Shown here: positions 54,943 to 56,484 of the stretch, in pieces
Layout of the letters: every line of letters begins with the position of its first letter
How positions within the stretch are numbered: position 1 is the first letter of the stretch
IMG/VR virus record: IMGVR_UViG_3300025133_000039
Length of the DNA: 56,484 nt
Reading direction: 5' to 3' (one strand)
Source of the DNA: an uncultured virus (IMG/VR IMGVR_UViG_3300025133_000039)
Lineage: Duplodnaviria; Heunggongvirae; Uroviricota; Caudoviricetes
Made by a program: the position numbers and the translations under genes
The notes under the pieces: model-generated
What the model was told of the DNA's origin: nothing
Seen by the model: only the letters and a program-made list of their open reading frames with translations
Databases searched by the model: none

Positions 54943-55239
54943 ATGAAGCTCTATCTGGATGATGAAAGAACCACTCCAGAGGGGTGGTTCCGAGTCTATA
55001 CTGCTCAAGAAGCAATTGATGTGCTGAAGATGGGGCTAGTGGAAGAGATTAGTCTTGACCATGACCTTGGAAACAAAGTACCTGGTAGTGGGTATGACGT
55101 GCTTCTCTTCATTGAAGAACAAGTATTCCTGTGGGGTGTTAGGCCGCCGATCATCTACATCCACACAGCCAACCCTTCAGCTCGAATCAAGATGGAGTCT
55201 GGGAAGAGAGCCATCGAAAAGCGGTGGAACAACCGTTAA
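54943..55239 (+). CDS. Cyclic-phosphate-processing Receiver-domain protein
   Basis: LYLDDER..P.GW, ISLDHDLG, GYDVL, IHTANP signature. AGGA RBS. Confidence 0.8.
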   Translation: MKLYLDDERTTPEGWFRVYTAQEAIDVLKMGLVEEISLDHDLGNKVPGSGYDVLLFIEEQVFLWGVRPPIIYIHTANPSARIKMESGKRAIEKRWNNR

Positions 55240-55247
55240 GGAGTGAC

Positions 55248-55418
55248 ATGTACGCAAAGCGCATCACAGCTCAGGATGCAAAAAGCCTGATGAAGGAAGC
55301 TACTGTCCCGGAGTCCTGGGAGCAGCAGCTGAAAACAGCAGTTAAGAAGGCTGCCGCCGTAAACTACAACAAGACCACAGTGCACCGAGGACACAGATGG
55401 TACTTGTATCAAATGTGA
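55248..55418 (+). CDS. Small hypothetical protein
   Basis: AAGGAG RBS before ATG at 55248. Confidence 0.5.
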   Translation: MYAKRITAQDAKSLMKEATVPESWEQQLKTAVKKAAAVNYNKTTVHRGHRWYLYQM

Positions 55419-55462
55419 CGAGTGTATCCGAGAATGCGATCCCTTCGGGAGGCCATGGTAAC

Positions 55463-55672
55463 ATGAACAAGCAGCCGCCGAACCCACACAAAGTATTTAC
55501 TCTTAGGTGGTATCTATGGAAGTGTGACAACGAAAACTGGAGTCCCTACTGTCTTCGTGAGGGCTGTAAGAGCAGGCTGAATCGGATGCAAAGGACAGGG
55601 CCTCGGCAATTCTGCTGTACCTTCTGTGGCAATATGGCCGGTTATGACCTGGTACCGACTGATGGAACCTGA
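55463..55672 (+). CDS. Small Cys-rich protein
   Basis: GGAGG RBS, PYC...C...CxxCG. Confidence 0.5.
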   Translation: MNKQPPNPHKVFTLRWYLWKCDNENWSPYCLREGCKSRLNRMQRTGPRQFCCTFCGNMAGYDLVPTDGT

Positions 55673-56033
55673 ACTCCTGATCATGGTCGCAAGCATCTTT
55701 GGCATTGGTTGGTGGCCCCCAGCATTCCGCAAGCTAGTGGCTGCCAAGTCCTCTAATGAGCACTCGCTGATTAGCTGGAGTTGTCGCATGTGTACACTCA
55801 CATGCGAACTGACTGCCTTCGCAATGCTTGAAATGTGGGGCGCCACAGCCCTTATGGTCGGGCACCTCACTACCTGTACATGCTTTATTGCACTAATCAT
55901 CTACTATCGAAAGAAGCAAAATGCTTGTCCGATTCCCATCCCAAGTGTCTACTCACGAAGAAGCAAGGCAGTACTACCTCGACAGAGGGATTCAGCTACG
56001 TCCAAGTGGGTGGCACCTGCACACCCTCACTGA
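55662..56033 (+). CDS. PQ-loop/SemiSWEET-like small membrane protein
   Basis: Three hydrophobic segments with the pattern P...K....KS....S after TM1. Confidence 0.4.
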   Translation: MEPELLIMVASIFGIGWWPPAFRKLVAAKSSNEHSLISWSCRMCTLTCELTAFAMLEMWGATALMVGHLTTCTCFIALIIYYRKKQNACPIPIPSVYSRRSKAVLPRQRDSATSKWVAPAHPH

Positions 56034-56484
56034 GCTGGATTATGGTGTTGAAGCCACAATCCGCTCACCCGAAGGAGTGGATCACAAGTCTGTCTTTGTT
56101 CTTGAGCAGGACCAAGGCAAGGGACACTTCACTCGCTGGCTTCAGGAGTCTGAGCATCCATATGCATCAGGCGCTATGTGTCCTGAGATGCTGAACTGGT
56201 TGCACAGGTACCAGATTCGGTACACCCCGGTCCCAAAGAACAATCGACCTGCCTATTTGGCAGCTGAGAAGTACTGTGGAGACCGAAAAGCAAGGCGTAG
56301 TGGCATCTTCTGGATGAATCACGTCGATGAAGGCTTGCTATTGCTTAAGCACCTAGGTGCATCTGACGATACGCTTGACGCATGGTGTCTACACCCCATG
56401 CTCCAGCCTGATGATGTACTACCAAAGACTCTCAAGTCTGGTGCATTATGTGAGCTAATCACTGGTGAGACCTCTGTTGCTTTA
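55921..56484 (+). CDS. Hypothetical protein with GNAT-like and HD-hydrolase-like segments (runs off window edge)
   Basis: Open frame from ATG at 55921 to the end of the window: SVFVLEQDQGKGHF...GDRKARRSG...NHVDEGL...AWCLHP. Confidence 0.5.
   Translation, partial: MLVRFPSQVSTHEEARQYYLDRGIQLRPSGWHLHTLTELDYGVEATIRSPEGVDHKSVFVLEQDQGKGHFTRWLQESEHPYASGAMCPEMLNWLHRYQIRYTPVPKNNRPAYLAAEKYCGDRKARRSGIFWMNHVDEGLLLLKHLGASDDTLDAWCLHPMLQPDDVLPKTLKSGALCELITGETSVAL

Overview
This window is a 56.5-kb piece of a large tailed (contractile-tail) phage genome with two divergent halves. The left half (1-37.85 kb, minus strand) is a compact virion morphogenesis module. It encodes a putative terminase small subunit, terminase large subunit, portal, prohead protease/scaffold, major capsid protein, neck proteins, tail sheath, tail tube plus two tube paralogs, chaperones, giant virion proteins and a DEDDh-exonuclease/SNase double nuclease. 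The right half (38-56.5 kb, plus strand) is an early region built around a 1045-aa single-subunit two-barrel RNA polymerase (YonO/cellular-RdRP-like, catalytic DDDGD). The most striking unexplained structure is an array of 13 expression cassettes at 44.2-50.7 kb. Each begins with a 17-bp motif (GCTCGCTTACGCTCGCT) followed after exactly 5 nt by GT, and most end in a hairpin. About half of the cassettes carry non-coding, highly base-paired RNAs rather than proteins. These include two tRNA-like RNAs with canonical T-loops, an RNA closed by a 26-bp G.U-rich helix, a 289-nt RNA and tandem pseudoknots. The others carry small host-takeover or counter-defence proteins (Csx16-like, ArfA-like, bL12-like, DUF3228-like). 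A separate ~700-nt hairpin-dense non-coding element and a second repeated motif lie upstream of the polymerase. All family assignments come from motif recognition by eye; no database searches or folding programs were run.
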